From Chiloscyllium plagiosum (Eukaryota): a DNA stretch of 64,000 nt. The position numbers and the translations under genes are program-made. A model generated the notes under the pieces. That model made no database searches and had not been told where the DNA came from. It saw only the letters and a list, made by a program, of their open reading frames with translations. Of the stretch, positions 15,008 through 28,209 are shown piece by piece. Location of the stretch: assembly GCF_004010195.1 (NCBI RefSeq), contig NC_057750.1, positions 14,487,221 through 14,551,220 on the forward strand, given 5' to 3'. Numbering within the stretch: the first letter of the stretch is position 1; the number at the start of each line of letters is the position of its first letter.

Positions 15008-15265
15008 TCAGAAATCACATGACACCAACTTATAGCCCAACAGGTTCATTTGAAATCACAAGCTTTCAGAACGCTGCACTTCTATCAGGTGAAGCCTTCG
15101 CTAGCCTAAAGAGCTGTGGTCCGAAAACTTGTGATTTCAGATAAACTTGTTAGATTATAACCTGGGAGAAAGTGAGGACTGCAGATGCTGGAGATCAGAG
15201 CTGAAAATGTGTTGCTGGAAAAGCGCAGCAGGTCAGGTCAGATTATAACCTGGTGTTGTGTGACT
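15008..15265. mobile_element. Inverted-repeat PLE-like terminal element with a nested 74-bp insert (15166-15239)
   Basis: 15008-15091 is approximately the reverse complement of 15108-15165 plus 15254-15265; the insert is flanked by a 14-bp direct repeat AGATTATAACCTGG (15152-15165, 15240-15253). Confidence 0.7.
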
Positions 15266-16870
15266 TTGTCCAACCCAGTATAACAGCAGCACCTCCACAT
15301 TATTGAAAGCAACAGTGTTTTGTGTAGGAATTCACAGTATGCATTATGTACAAAGACATTTTCAGAAGAAATTGAAGACCAAACATCACTATCGCTTGTT
15401 AGGTATGGTAAAATAACTTGTCAAATTGTACACTATTGGGTCTTATGTTAGCAAAATGAGTACTTTTGCATTATAAATCTCAATAGTTATTTATATTTCC
15501 TGACTTTAGTTTTGCAAATATCGCTTTTGTATCCTATTCTAGTATTTCCATAATATGCCTATTACTTCTCTTTTGTTTGCTATTTTGAGCATAATAATGG
15601 ATTTGTTTTAATGAAGAATACTGTTATGCAGAACTATTTAGACAAATATACCTGATACTGGAAAAATGCCTTTGGGCAGTTGTAGAGGTGTAACTTAACT
15701 AATGTTAATCTTCATTGCTTATCATGGCACTAAAATCTTCAAATCGGGTATTAGTTACGGCAGTTAACAGAGATAGCTTTTCACTTTAATGCTCCCAGTG
15801 GTAGGCGCTGACAGTGCAGTCTTCAGAAAATAGAATCCTGTGGAAGTCTGGTTTTATTTTCATTTTGATCATCTGATTGATGAAGAATACTGGAATTCCT
15901 TTAATCTGATGAGCTTCATCAGTGAATTAACATCTCCCTACCCACTCTTATGTAGAGCTGGTCAAACATTCTGAGCACTATTTAAATGCTTTTGTCACTT
16001 CCAGGCTCGGTTATTTCAGTGCTGTTCCAGAGGATGTTTTACATTGGCAGCATTAAATCTCTTTATCTTACCTCACTCCTCACCTCCATCCTTGCCTATC
16101 TGCATACACTTCCAGTGCATAAACCTCAAAATAAAGATCTCATCCTTGTTTTAATCTCTTGACTCTTCACTGTCAAGGTTTAGGCAACTTCTTCCAGTCC
16201 TCCCAGCACTCTCCCAGCCTCCAATCCAACTCTGTTCCTCTTGAACCATTTATGCTATTAGCCACCTTGACCTAGAAATCCTCCTCAAACTTCTCCATCT
16301 CCCTCTCTGCCTTAAAATCCTAATTTTCATCATATTTCTCTGAAGCCCCATTTGATGTTTGAGTGCTTTCAGTTGTGGGTTAGTACAGTGTTCATCTGCA
16401 GACTGAACAGAGTCATGTGTTCCTGTGAGTGTGCACTTTCCTTTTGAAAAACGAACTATAATTAACTCTCACTTTTCACAGTTCCTGTTCACTAAGAGGG
16501 CATGAACCCCCACATTGCTTCCAAACGTTTTTTTATTTGTGTGTGTCTCGAATTCTAACCAGGAGGCAAACCCACGTAAGTTAATGTCTGAGCTGGTCAC
16601 TCAGGCCCCAGTAACACTTCTCCTGTCTTTGCTTTCTGTTTTTATTGTTAATAATGCTTAGCCCAATGTAGGAAACTGCTTAATCACTCCAAACATTTTA
16701 ACAAATTCACTACCAGGAAAGTTATTAAGCTTATCATCTCAACCACTTCTCATTGTGCCCTAAAATGTGACTACACTTTTTCTCTCACTCAGATGGAATG
16801 TTCATACCTTGCATTTAATTTGGTGGCAAGATAACATTGAAGTTCTGTGTTAATATTTTACTTGTGTTGA

Positions 16871-16978
<108 letters not shown>

Positions 16979-17082
16979 TGAGAGAAGGAAACTTGTATTA
17001 GATGGAAAAAAACAAGCTAAAGCTTCATTCAGTTCAACAAGCCTTTGTACTGTCATGAATTAATCATTCCCTTCATTGCCTT

Positions 17083-17380
17083 GGGTGGCACAGTGGCTCA
17101 GTGTTTAGCACTGCAGTTTCACAGCACCAGGTCCCCAGGTTCGATTCCAGCCTTGGGTGACTGTGTGGATTTTGCACATTCTCCCCGTTTCTGCGTGGGT
17201 TTCCTCCAGGTGCTCCGGTTTCCTCCCACAGCACCAAAGATGTGCAGGTCAGGTGAATTGGCCGTGCTAAATTGCTCATAGTGTTAGTCAGAGGAAAATG
17301 AGTCTGGGTGGGTTACTCTTCGGAGGGTCGGTGTGGACTGGTTGGGCCAAAGGGCTGTTTCCATACTGTAGGAAATCTAA
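17083..17380 (+). mobile_element. tRNA-derived shark SINE (HE1-like)
   Basis: Box A TGGCTCAGTG, box B GGTTCGATTCC, CR1-like tail ending AATCTAA; five similar copies in the window. Confidence 0.85.
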
Positions 17381-17629
17381 TAGCCAGATCTTTCATATTG
17401 GAGGACAAGTTGTATCACTCAACACTAAAAACAGAATTGGGAATATTGTCATTCAGCTGTACAGGGCTTTACATGGTCTCCATATTTAAGGAAGGTTACA
17501 TGTCCGTTGGAAACAGTACAGTGAAGGTTCACTAGATTGCTGTCTGGGATGTAAGGATTGTCCTATGATGAGAGGCTGAATAAATTTAGTCTGTGTTCTC
17601 TGGATTTATAAAGAATGAAAAATGATGGA

Positions 17630-18197
17630 GTCAGAGAAGCACAGGAAAGGCCCTTTTGGCCCGTTGGGTCTGCACCAATCAAAACAAGCACCTAACTATC
17701 CGAATCCAATTTTCCAGTTTATGGCCTGCAGCTTTGTATGTCTTGCACTTCCAAATATTACTTAAATGTTATGAGGGTTTCTACTTCTACCACTCTGACA
17801 GGCAGTGAGTTCCAGATTCCCACCACCCTCTGGTGAAAAGAATCTTTCCTTACATCCCCTCTCAACCTTCTGCCCCTTACTTTAAATCTATGTCCCTGGT
17901 CATTGATCATGCTCCCCCTCAATCTCTGTGCTCCAATGAAAACAACCTAAGTTTATCCAATCTCTCTTCATAATTGAAATTCTCCAGCCCAGGCAACATC
18001 CTGGTAAATCTCCTCTGCACCCTCTCCAGTGCAATCACATCCCTTCTATAATCTGGATTCCAGAACTGCACACAATACTCTAGCTGTGGCCTAAACAATT
18101 ATAAACTCTATGCCTTGACTAATAAAGACAAATATCCCATAAATCATCTTAACCTGTTCCACTACCTTAAGGGATCACTGGACATGCACATCAAGGA
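17630..18197 (-). mobile_element. CR1-like LINE 3' fragment
   Basis: Reverse-complement similarity to the RT C-terminal and 3' region of the CR1 at 19740-20410. Confidence 0.7.
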
Positions 18198-20415
18198 CCT
18201 TGGTGCTTGGCAACAAACCATACCAGGTGTCAGATCGCTTGGTGGGAGTGCATTTCGGAGATAGTGATCACACTTCCATGACCTTTAATCTACTCATAGA
18301 GATAGGAGCAGACAGTATGCGAAAGTACTTAATTGGGGGGAGGGGGAATTGCAATGCTGTTAGACCAGAACTGGGATGCCTAAATTGGGAACAGATGTTC
18401 TCAGGGAAATGCACAACAGAAATGTGGAGGTTATTTAGGAGGCACCTGCTGACAGTAATGGACAAGATTGTTTTACTGAGCAAGGAAGGGATGGTAAGTT
18501 GAAAGAACCTTGGGTGGCGAGGGATGTGGAACATCTAGTCAAGAGGAAGAAGGAAGCTTACTTAAGGTCGAGAGGCAAGGATCAAACAGGGCTTTAGAGG
18601 GTTACAAGCTAGCCAGGAAGGAACTGAAGAATGGACTTAGGAGAGCTAGAAAGGGGCTTTAGGGGGTTGGATTAAAAAAACCCAAGGCATTCTAGATGTA
18701 CGTGAGGAACAAGAGATTGGCCAGAGTGAGGGTAGGGCTGATCAGGGATAGTGAAGGGAACTTGCAGCTGGAGTCGGAGGAAGTAGGGGAGGTCCTTAAT
18801 GAATACCTGGCTTCAGTATTCACTACTGAGAGGGACCTTGATGTTTCTGAGGATAGCGTGATACAGACTGATATGCTAGAACAGGCTGATGTTCGGAAGG
18901 AGCATGTGCTGAAAACTTTGAAATAGCAAGGATAGATAAATCCACTGGGCCAGACAGGATACAGCCTAGGTTACTACAGGAAGTGAGGGAAGAGATTTCT
19001 GTGCCTTTGACGATGATCTTTGCATTCTCACTGTTCACTGGAGTAGTACCGGATGATTGGAGAGAGGTAAATGTTATTCACTTGTTCAAGAAAGGTAATA
19101 GGGATAATCCTGGGAATTGCACACCAGTCTTTTTTTTTAACAGTGGAGGGCAAAGTATTGGAGAGGATTCTGAGCGACATTAGCTTTATTAGAGATCGTG
19201 TGGCTTTGTGAGGGGCAGGTCATACCTCACAAACCTTATTGAATTCTTTGAGGATGTGACAAAACACGTTGATGAAGGTAAAGCAGTGGATGTGGTGTAC
19301 GTGAGCTATAGCAAGGCATTTGATAAGGTTCCCCGTGGTAGGCTCTTTCAGAAAGTAAGGAGGCATGGGATACAGGGAAACTTGTCTGTCTGGATACAGA
19401 ATTGGCTGGCCCATAGAAGATAGAGGGTGGTGGTAGTTGGAAAGTATTCAGCCTGGTGGTGTCCCACAGTGAACAATTCTGGAACTTCTGCTGTTTGTGA
19501 TTTTTATAAATGACTTGGATGAGGAAGTGGAAGGATAGGTTAGTAAGCTTGCCAATTACATGAAGCTTGGTGAAGTTGTGGATAGTGTAGAGGGCTGTTG
19601 TAGGTCACAACAAGACATTGACAGGATGCAGAACTTGGCTGACAAGTGGCAGATGGAGTTCAACCTGGAAAAGTGTGAAGTCATTCACTTTGGAAGGTTG
19701 AGTTTGAATGCAGAATACAGGCTTAAAGGCGGGATTCTTGGCATCCATGTCCATAGATCCCTCAAAGTTGCCATCCACGTTGATGGGGTTGTTAAGAAGG
19801 CATATGGTGTGTTGGCTTTCATTAGCAGCAGGATTGAGTTCAAAACCATGGGATTGTGCTGCAGCTCTATCAAGTCCTGGTTAGACCACACTTGGAATAT
19901 TGTGTTCAGTTCTGGTTGTCTCATTATAGGAAAGATGTGGAAGCTTTTAGAGAGGGTGCAGTGGAGAATTACCCTGCCTGGACTGGAGGGCATGTCTTAT
20001 GAAGAAAGGTTGAGAGAGCTAGGGCTTTTCTCATTGGAATAAAGCAGGAGGAGAGGCGACTTGATAGAGGTGTACAAGATGTTGAGAGGCATAGGTAGAG
20101 TGGATAGCCAGAGACATTTTCCCAGGGTGGAAATGTATATGAAGAGGGGACATAATTTTAAGGTAATTAGAGGAAGGTTTTGGGGAGATGTCAGAGGAAG
20201 GTTCTTTGCACAGAGACTAGTGGGTGCATTGAATGCACTGGCAGCAGTGGTAGTAGAGCCAGAGAAAAATAAGGGGCATTTAAGTAACTCTTGGATAGGC
20301 ACATGGAAGTTAGTACAATGAAGGGTATATAGGTTAGTCTGAACTTAGAGTAGGATAAAAGGCCGGCATAACATCGAGAGCTGAAGAGCCTGTACTGTGC
20401 TGTGCTGTTCTATGT
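18198..20415 (+). mobile_element. 5'-truncated, frameshifted CR1-like LINE ORF2 (endonuclease tail, RT, 3' UTR)
   Basis: ORF pieces GDSDH, LFKKGNRDNPGN, LTNLIEFFEDVT...SKAFDKVP, WQMEFNLEKCEVIHFG, YEERLRELGLFSLE. Confidence 0.92.
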
Positions 20416-21703
20416 ACCTCTGATTCTCAGTGCTTCCCAGAATCATACCATTCATCATGTATTCCCTTGCCTTGTTTGTCCTGCCCAAGTGCATGACCCA
20501 TAGTTATTCAGATTGAAACATACGGGTCCCGAAGGGGGATGATGCTGGCCTTTAGAAATGATGGATGTATCCTGACTCTGGAGGAACTCTCCCAGCCCAT
20601 CCCAATTTCCAGTGCCCCAGTTTTTCCAAGTACGGGAGCAGAGTGGAATGCATTCCGAACTTGGCTAGCCCCATAGTGGGGTAGGTGTTTCCTGGAACCT
20701 GAAATTTGCATGGAGTCAAACCAGATTCTGAAGGATTTGTGGTTCATAGTCCTGAAAAGATTTGAGAATCATAGTCTGGATGAAAGACTCTTTTGAAAGC
20801 TAATCTTCCATAGGTTTAACTCGTGCCTTCCATAGGATTCAATGCCACACTACCCATTCCCAATGGAGTCTCACATCCTTTGTGCCAACCCACTGTACTC
20901 CAAACCTATACCTATTATACAAAACCAATGAACCCTATATAAATAATAGCATGTGATCTAAGGGAAAATCTTATCCATAAAGTAATAACTTCCCTTTCAA
21001 CAAAGATTTAATAAGGTGCAGCTGAGAACCAAGACTACCATCCGTTGTTGAAGCTGGATGATGCAAGGAAATCATGGCTTGATTGACAGCTTTTTCTTTC
21101 CTCCAGTCTATTTTGTCAGTGGCTCAATGTTTGTTTACACAAAATTAAGTGATGCCAAGTACTTATAGTTTCCACCATTGCTTCTTCAAAGAGTTATGGA
21201 TTAACAGTTATTTTAAGAATGTTATGAATGGCAATTTTTAAGCTTTTCCACATACAAAGGAGTTGTTACCTCTATCTATTCATAATTTACATTTGTTCAG
21301 GAGTGGCTGGAGGCATCTTGCTTCTGTACTCACTGAAATCCAATGTGCTGTTATCATTCCCCCTTCTGTTCAGTTTTGATTTCATCTTTCTATCCAGTCC
21401 TCCTCCAGCCTGCCCTTTGTTTCCTGATGTTGCATCGTCTATTGATGCCAGCAGGAGATTCTCCCCCTGCCTTTCTCAGTTACCTACATACTTTATTTCC
21501 GCTTCTTCAACTCAGCTCATAGCCCCATCAGATATCACCAACTGTGACATTAATCTACACGTAGTTCCCTCCTTTATGTAGAATTTAGCAATGTTTTTAA
21601 TGAGAAAATGTAATCATTACATTCTATTTTTCATGATGTACACAACACACCGAAAAATAAAGAGTCGGTAAAACAATGGCATATTTTTATTTGTTACTTT
21701 CAG

Positions 21704-22998
21704 GAAATGTTGTGAATGGCACTATCGCTAAACAAATGGTGGATATGTTGGTGGAGTCTTCTAGTAATGTTGAAATGATCCTGAAGTTCTTTGACATGTT
21801 CCTGAAACTGAAGGACATTGTGGCGTCTGATGCATTCAAAGATTATGTGACTGATCCCAGAGGGCTCATCTCAAAGAAGGATTTCCATAAGGCCATGGAC
21901 AGCCAGAAACAATACACACCTTCTGAGATCCAGTTCTTACTATCGTGCTCAGAAGCAGATGAGAATGAGATGATAAACTATGAGGAATTTGCAAACCGAT
22001 TCCAAGAGCCAGCCAAAGATATTGGTTTTAACATAGCTGTGTTACTCACAAACCTATCTGAACATGTGCCTCATGACACAAGGCTGCAAAATTTCTTGGA
22101 ATTGGCAGAGAGCATCCTCACCTATTTCCAGCCTTTCTTAGGCCGCATTGAGATCATGGGTGCCAGTAAGAAAATAGAGCGTATTTACTTTGAGATTAGT
22201 GAAGCCAATAAAACTCAGTGGGAAATGCCTCAAGTCAAAGAGTCTAAGCGACAGTTTATCTTTGATGTGGTGAACGAAGGTGGGGAATCTGAAAAGATGG
22301 AACTCTTTGTCAACTTCTGTGAGGATACCATCTTTGAAATGCAAATTGCTTCAAAGATCTCTGAAACAGATGAGGGGGAAAAGTCAGAAGATGAGGAAGA
22401 GGAAGGGGAGACCGTTGAGATGATAGAGGCTGAGAAAGCCTCTTCTCCAGGTGAGGCACCATCTGCCTTTGCAGCATTCCTTAGCAGTGTTGTTGACTTT
22501 TTTAAAATATTCACCTTTAAGAATATCAGAAAAAAATACCGTAAAATAAAGAAAATGACAATTAAAGAGATGGTGATGGCCCTGGTGACCTTCTTCTGGA
22601 CTTTGTTCATTGGCATTTTACAATTTATCTATAGCATCTGCAGTGGCTTCTTCATGATAGTATGGAACACCTTGTTTGGAGGTGGTTTAGTTGAAGGGGC
22701 CAAACATCTGACAGTTACTGAACTCCTGGCTAGTATGCCTGATCCTACTCAGGATGAGGTCCATGCTGATCTTCCTGACATTAGTAAGGCAGAGGTTGAG
22801 GAAATGACTGTGCAATTGGAGTTTGAAGATCAAGCTAAAGAAGAGGAAGCATCTGAGAAGCCTGATACAAAAAGAGAAAGCGGCCAATTAAGGATGAGCT
22901 CCCCAGAGTCGAGCCTGGGACTTGGTGACATTGTGGAGTCCACACCAGTCGAACCTCCAACCCCTGAGGGAACACCACCAAGTTTCAGAAAAGTGAGG
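21704..22998 (+). CDS. RYR1: RYR1 large exon (~human ex89-91): EF-hand pair, end of central domain, start of divergent region 1
   Basis: tttcag|GA AAT GTT...; open frame in ORF 21676..23028 ([19 protein letters not shown]...[10 protein letters not shown]...PPTPEGTP); donor AGG|gtaagg, with an alternative in-frame donor AAA|gtgagg at 22992. Confidence 0.93.
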
Positions 22999-23886
22999 GT
23001 AAGGACCTTACAATTCTTTCCAGCTTAAAAAAAAAATCATCAAACCAGGCCTCAGATTTAATTCCACTTTAAAGATAATAGCATGAATACATTATCTGTT
23101 AGCTATCATTTTCCTTTCCAATTTGAATTCTTTATATTCATGGGTTCTACGCCAAAGGCAGTCTGACCCACAGCACCCCCTTTGCTGTTAGGGATAGGAC
23201 ATGTAGATGGGTCCTAAATCCACCTCAGCCAGAATGGGACTCGAACCCCCAATCTGATCCACGTTGGCTGTCTAGCTAACTGAGTCAATCGGCCCTCCCA
23301 GGAGCTTAAGATGCTGTGGTATTTGCAGTTTTACGTGGGTAATCTAGAGCTATGGACAATGAAGATAGAGGCTCCAATGGTGTTTCCGTACAAGGCTGAA
23401 CAGGAATCTCACCCACTCTTACCCTGCTATTGTTCCAAGTCCTAGGGTGGAATTCCAGCCTGGAGCTTCTGTCTGAGATGCAGAGGCACTAACAACTGTG
23501 CCACAAGACAACCTATTTGAATTGACAATTGAATATGAAGAGAAAAATAAACATTAAACTCTAAAGCAAGTAAGCTATAAATATTGAGGCTGCACTTTGT
23601 TTCTTCTCCAATTTAGTTGATTCTTATACCAAAATTCAACCTAAATGGAAGGACATTGAATAAAAAATGGATTGTTACTTGGTGGAGTATAGAAAACTGC
23701 AGTATGCATTTTTATCTCATAATCGCTTGGGCCGGATTAAATCTTGACATGTTCATCTTACCTTCCTCTAACTGCTGTTTCATCAGAGGCCAGTGTTGAG
23801 ACTTTGCCAAGAGTTTTTATTTCAATACCTAGACCTACAGTAAATGTTGTTATAGCATTGCAAAATGCTCTCTTACTTTTTAACAG

Positions 23887-23954
23887 CAACAGATTGAATC
23901 TGAAATAGAAACCAAGGAAGAAGATCAACTCAAGACTGAAGCTGAGAAAGCAGA
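23887..23954 (+). CDS. RYR1: RYR1 exon (~ex92): QQIESEIETKEEDQLKTEAEKA(D)
   Basis: ttttttaacag|CAA...GA|gtgagt; 68 bp, phase 0/2; joins the next exon to give the conserved EKAD-xENGEK. Confidence 0.88.
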
Positions 23955-24927
23955 GTGAGTCCTTCCAACATTTTTTAATCTTCAGCTTTTTTTTTTAAAA
24001 GGGCATGGATGTGGAAATATGACTTCATATCAGCAAAATAAAAATGTTTCTTTCTTAACAGTTCAGCCCTATCGATCATTTAAAAAATAATGTTGATAAA
24101 TAGGATGTCAAATTGAAATACAATACAAAAGACTGTAAGACAAAGCCAGTTAATAGTTTCATGTGCTAGAAGACTCAATATAAATTTAAGTTTTGATTTT
24201 CATTCCCTTAAATGAGCCCAATATTTTGTTTGCATTCTGTACTGCTTTATGAACCTGCATTTGATATTTTTAACGATTGTGAGTTTTGCCCCTCTACTCC
24301 ACTTAGATTCAATTTTAAAGCCATTGGTGGGCCATTTTTACTTTTCCTACAATCTGTTATGAAGGCGTGGTTAAATGAAATATGAAATGCATTACTCTAT
24401 AATCAAAAGTAACAATTTACTTACCTAATTCCAACAGTGGACAGATTTATAGAACCACTTACAAACTTAACAATTCCCCTCTAGCTACTAACTATTCCCG
24501 AATAAAACAAAATTCTGTTATGCTGTTCCAACAAAATACAAGTGCCAATTAAATAACAAAACAGTAGAATTTACTCACTCAAAATTACAGCTAGAATGTG
24601 TGTTCCAGAGTGCTCCATGCCATCTTCACTGATCTTCTTTAAGGAATGCCTCCTTGTTCAAATTCTTGTGTCAGTAATGCCTCTCTATGTCAAATTTTTG
24701 TGTCAGTTCTTCTGTCAGGAATGTTCCCTCTGTGAATTCTGTTGTCTGGAATATTAACAAAGAATGCCGCACTGCCTTTATTAGTTAGGTGGTGCTTTCT
24801 CTGAGAGCCGAAAGTTGTTATGTCTTGGAAGTTGGCTCTCTGCCAATTTTCAAATGCCCTCTTCTTTCATACCCTTCTTACAATCGGATTGGTGCGAGGT
24901 TGTCTAAACCATCAGATTTAAATTTAT

Positions 24928-26195
24928 AGACTCATAGAGATGTGCATCATGGAAACTGACCCTTCGGTCCAACCCGTCCATGCCGACCAGATATCCCAAC
25001 CCAATCTAGTCCCACCTGCCAGCACCCGGCCCATATCCCTCCAAACCCTTCCTATTCATATACNNNNNNNNNNNNNNNNNNNNNNNNNNNNNNNNNNNNN
25101 NNNNNNNNNNNNNNNNNNNNNNNNNNNNNNNNNNNNNNNNNNNNNNNNNNNNNNNNNNNNNNNNNNNNNNNNNNNNNNNNNNNNNNNNNNNNNNNNNNNN
25201 NNNNNNNNNNNNNNNNNNNNNNNNNNNNNNNNNNNNNNNNNNNNNNNNNNNNNNNNNNNNNNNNNNNNNNNNNNNNNNNNNNNNNNNNNNNNNNNNNNNN
25301 NNNNNNNNNNNNNNNNNNNNNNNNNNNNNNNNNNNNNNNNNNNNNNNNNNNNNNNNNNNNNNNNNNNNNNNNNNNNNNNNNNNNNNNNNNNNNNNNNNNN
25401 NNNNNNNNNNNNNNNNNNNNNNNNNNNNNNNNNNNNNNNNNNNNNNNNNNNNNNNNNNNNNNNNNNNNNNNNNNNNNNNNNNNNNNNNNNNNNNNNNNNN
25501 NNNNNNNNNNNNNNNNNNNNNNNNNNNNNNNNNNNNNNNNNNNNNNNNNNNNNNNNNNNNNNNNNNNNNNNNNNNNNNNNNNNNNNNNNNNNNNNNNNNN
25601 NNNNNNNNNNNNNNNNNNNNNNNNNNNNNNNNNNNNNNNNNNNNNNNNNNNNNNNNNNNNNNNNNNNNNNNNNNNNNNNNNNNNNNNNNNNNNNNNNNNN
25701 NNNNNNNNNNNNNNNNNNNNNNNNNNNNNNNNNNNNNNNNNNNNNNNNNNNNNNNNNNNNNNNNNNNNNNNNNNNNNNNNNNNNNNNNNNNNNNNNNNNN
25801 NNNNNNNNNNNNNNNNNNNNNNNNNNNNNNNNNNNNNNNNNNNNNNNNNNNNNNNNNNNNNNNNNNNNNNNNNNNNNNNNNNNNNNNNNNNNNNNNNNNN
25901 NNNNNNNNNNNNNNNNNNNNNNNNNNNNNNNNNNNNNNNNNNNNNNNNNNNNNNNNNNNNNNNNNNNNNNNNNNNNNNNNNNNNNNNNNNNNNNNNNNNN
26001 NNNNNNGCTGTCCACTACACCTCCAATTTTGGTGTCATCTGCAAACTTACTAACTGTACCTCTTATGCTCGCATCCAAATCATTTATATAAATGACAAAA
26101 AGTAGAGGATCCAGACCGATCCTTGTGGCACTCCACTGGTCACAGGCCTCCAGTCTGAAAAATAACCCTCCACCACCACCCTCTGTCTTCTACCT
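24928..26195 (-). mobile_element. CR1-like LINE fragment spanning an assembly gap
   Basis: 3' tail at 24928-25063 matches 30640-30775 in reverse; SKFADDTKIGGVVDS after the gap. Confidence 0.85.
25064..26006. other. Assembly gap (N run)
   Basis: Run of n. Confidence 0.99.
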
Positions 26196-28209
26196 TTGAA
26201 AGATGGAGGACGGGAAAAATTTCTGGCTGTAACAGCTGCTCCTTTTTTTCAGGTATTTTAGGTGCTGGAGGTGATTTCCTCCAATTCCCGGAGCAGCAAT
26301 TACTGTTTTATATGTTGTTGCATTGTTTTGGAACTTTGGGGAAAAAAAACTAATAGGTTCTTGATAGCTAGCTGCTTGGTTTAAATTGATTGACTGAATT
26401 TGAAAAAACTTGTCATCTTGATAAAAATGCTGCTTGGCTGTTCGATACAAAAAATTTCAATTCGGGCGCTTCCTGTGCACCTGCACTTTAAAGTGCTGTT
26501 CTGACATCTATTTTAACTCTAAGCACTGAAAAAAACACCATATTTTAAAGGGGCTTTCCCACGTTGTACAATTTTACAACTTCGCAATAATAGTTAGGAG
26601 CACGAAGAATCTGCAAAATGTGGATGTGAGACTTACAGCTTTGTTGAAGTATGTCAGAATAAAGTGAATATCTGAATGTTAGGCATAAGATCCAGTTGAT
26701 AGAAGTGATGATGGCTGAGTGTTGACGTGGATTAAAATGATCATTGTTTGAGATTGGAGATGTTTTAGGGAAGATCTGACTTTTGAAGATGCATTCCCTG
26801 ACTTTGGCCATTTGTGTTAAGATCATTGAGGTTTTCCAGCACTGTTCCCATGTGTTCAGGATCAGACTCTGGGCATTGCCCTCTGTTGCTGTCTGCTCTC
26901 AGTCACTTATGCTCATTTGTCTGAAGAGCCTCCCGGTTCCTTGTGGCAAGATGAGCTAACTCCTCCTTTCCACTTCCATTCTAAGGACCATCTATGAATC
27001 TCTTCCATATTGTTCCCTTGGTCCAATTTTTTTTCTTTTTCAGAAAATCTTTCCTATCTACCACAGTCAGAATGCACTCCCCTTTAGGGGCAAGCTAATT
27101 TTAATTAGTACCGGCCTCACTTGAACTCCTCAACAGCATGTCTAGTGCTGAGCTGTATGCCCCATTCAGTAAAATGAGAAGACAGCTTAAAGCTTGTGTG
27201 ATGGCTTCCCCAATTCCATTGGCTGTAGGGTAGACACACATTGTAATGCCCTAGTGCCATTATCTGATTTTTAAGTTATAATGAGTACGATTGATCAAAA
27301 AAGATTTGCAAGGATAATACCAGAACTGAGAGATTATGTCAGCAAAACTGGGGCTGTTTTCTCCAGAAATGAGCTGAGAAGTGGCCCAACAGAACTTGTT
27401 AAAACTATGAAAGTTCAGCAGGGAAGAAGTTGGAGGAGGTGTTGCTGGAAATGGTAAGTCCAAAACTAGGAGTTGGCATCATAACAAGATCACCAATAAA
27501 TTCACTAATACATATCAGAGAAACCTCTTTACCAAAAGGGTAGTGAGAATGTTGAACTCACTATTACAAGGAATTATTGAGATGAACAGCATCAATGCAT
27601 TTAGAGAGATGCCAGAGAAGTACATGCAACTGAAAGAAATAAAATGCGGAATGGATGAGATGAAGTGGAAGGAGACTGATGTGGAATATTAGTACTGGAA
27701 AATTGAGCTGACTGGCCTGTTGCCTTTGCTGTAAATTCAATGTACTTGTATAGAGGTGAAACTACTGACTCAATACCGATTTGTCCCTGACTGTATTTAT
27801 TATTTGAGAAGTAAGTATTCCTAACATTTAGAAGGGTAAGTTGGAAAGAGAGAGATTCTGGTTATACTGCAGCTTGTTACATCCTTGGTTTTTCCCAAAG
27901 TGCTTTGCAATCAAAGAGTTACCTTCAATGACTATAATATTTCAGAGGAGAATAAGGCCATTCAGATCATCAAATCTGCTGTACCATTCACTCATGGTTG
28001 ATATGTTCCTCAGCCCCATTCTTCAGCCTTCTTCCCATTACCGTTGATTCCCTATTAATCAAGAACCTTTCTATCATCTCTATCTTAAATACACTCAATG
28101 ACTTGGCCTGCACAGCCCTCTGCAGCAACCCTATGGCTGAAGAAATTCCTCCTCATCTCAGTTCTAAAGAGTCATCTCTTCCCTCTGAGGCTGTGCCACC
28201 AGATCCTAG

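Noticed and set aside
15907..15923. CTGATGA-gct-TCATCAG hairpin containing a hammerhead core heptamer
   Set aside because: No stem II followed by GAAA; just a short palindrome.
17083..17165. tRNA-like sequence with A and B boxes (also at 35734, 39288, 41397 and 63249)
   Set aside because: These are SINE heads continuous with SINE body and tail, not tRNA genes.
21676..21703. ATG start of the 450-aa ORF as a standalone gene
   Set aside because: MAYFYLLLS is the intronic polypyrimidine tract; RyR homology begins at the acceptor at 21704.
24940..26091. Long ORFs of 383 and 340 aa
   Set aside because: Artefacts of translating through the N gap; the flanks are CR1 sequence.
24355..26570. Possible LTR split by the CR1 insertion
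   Set aside because: It starts with TGTTA, but I could not find a matching CA end with a TSD.
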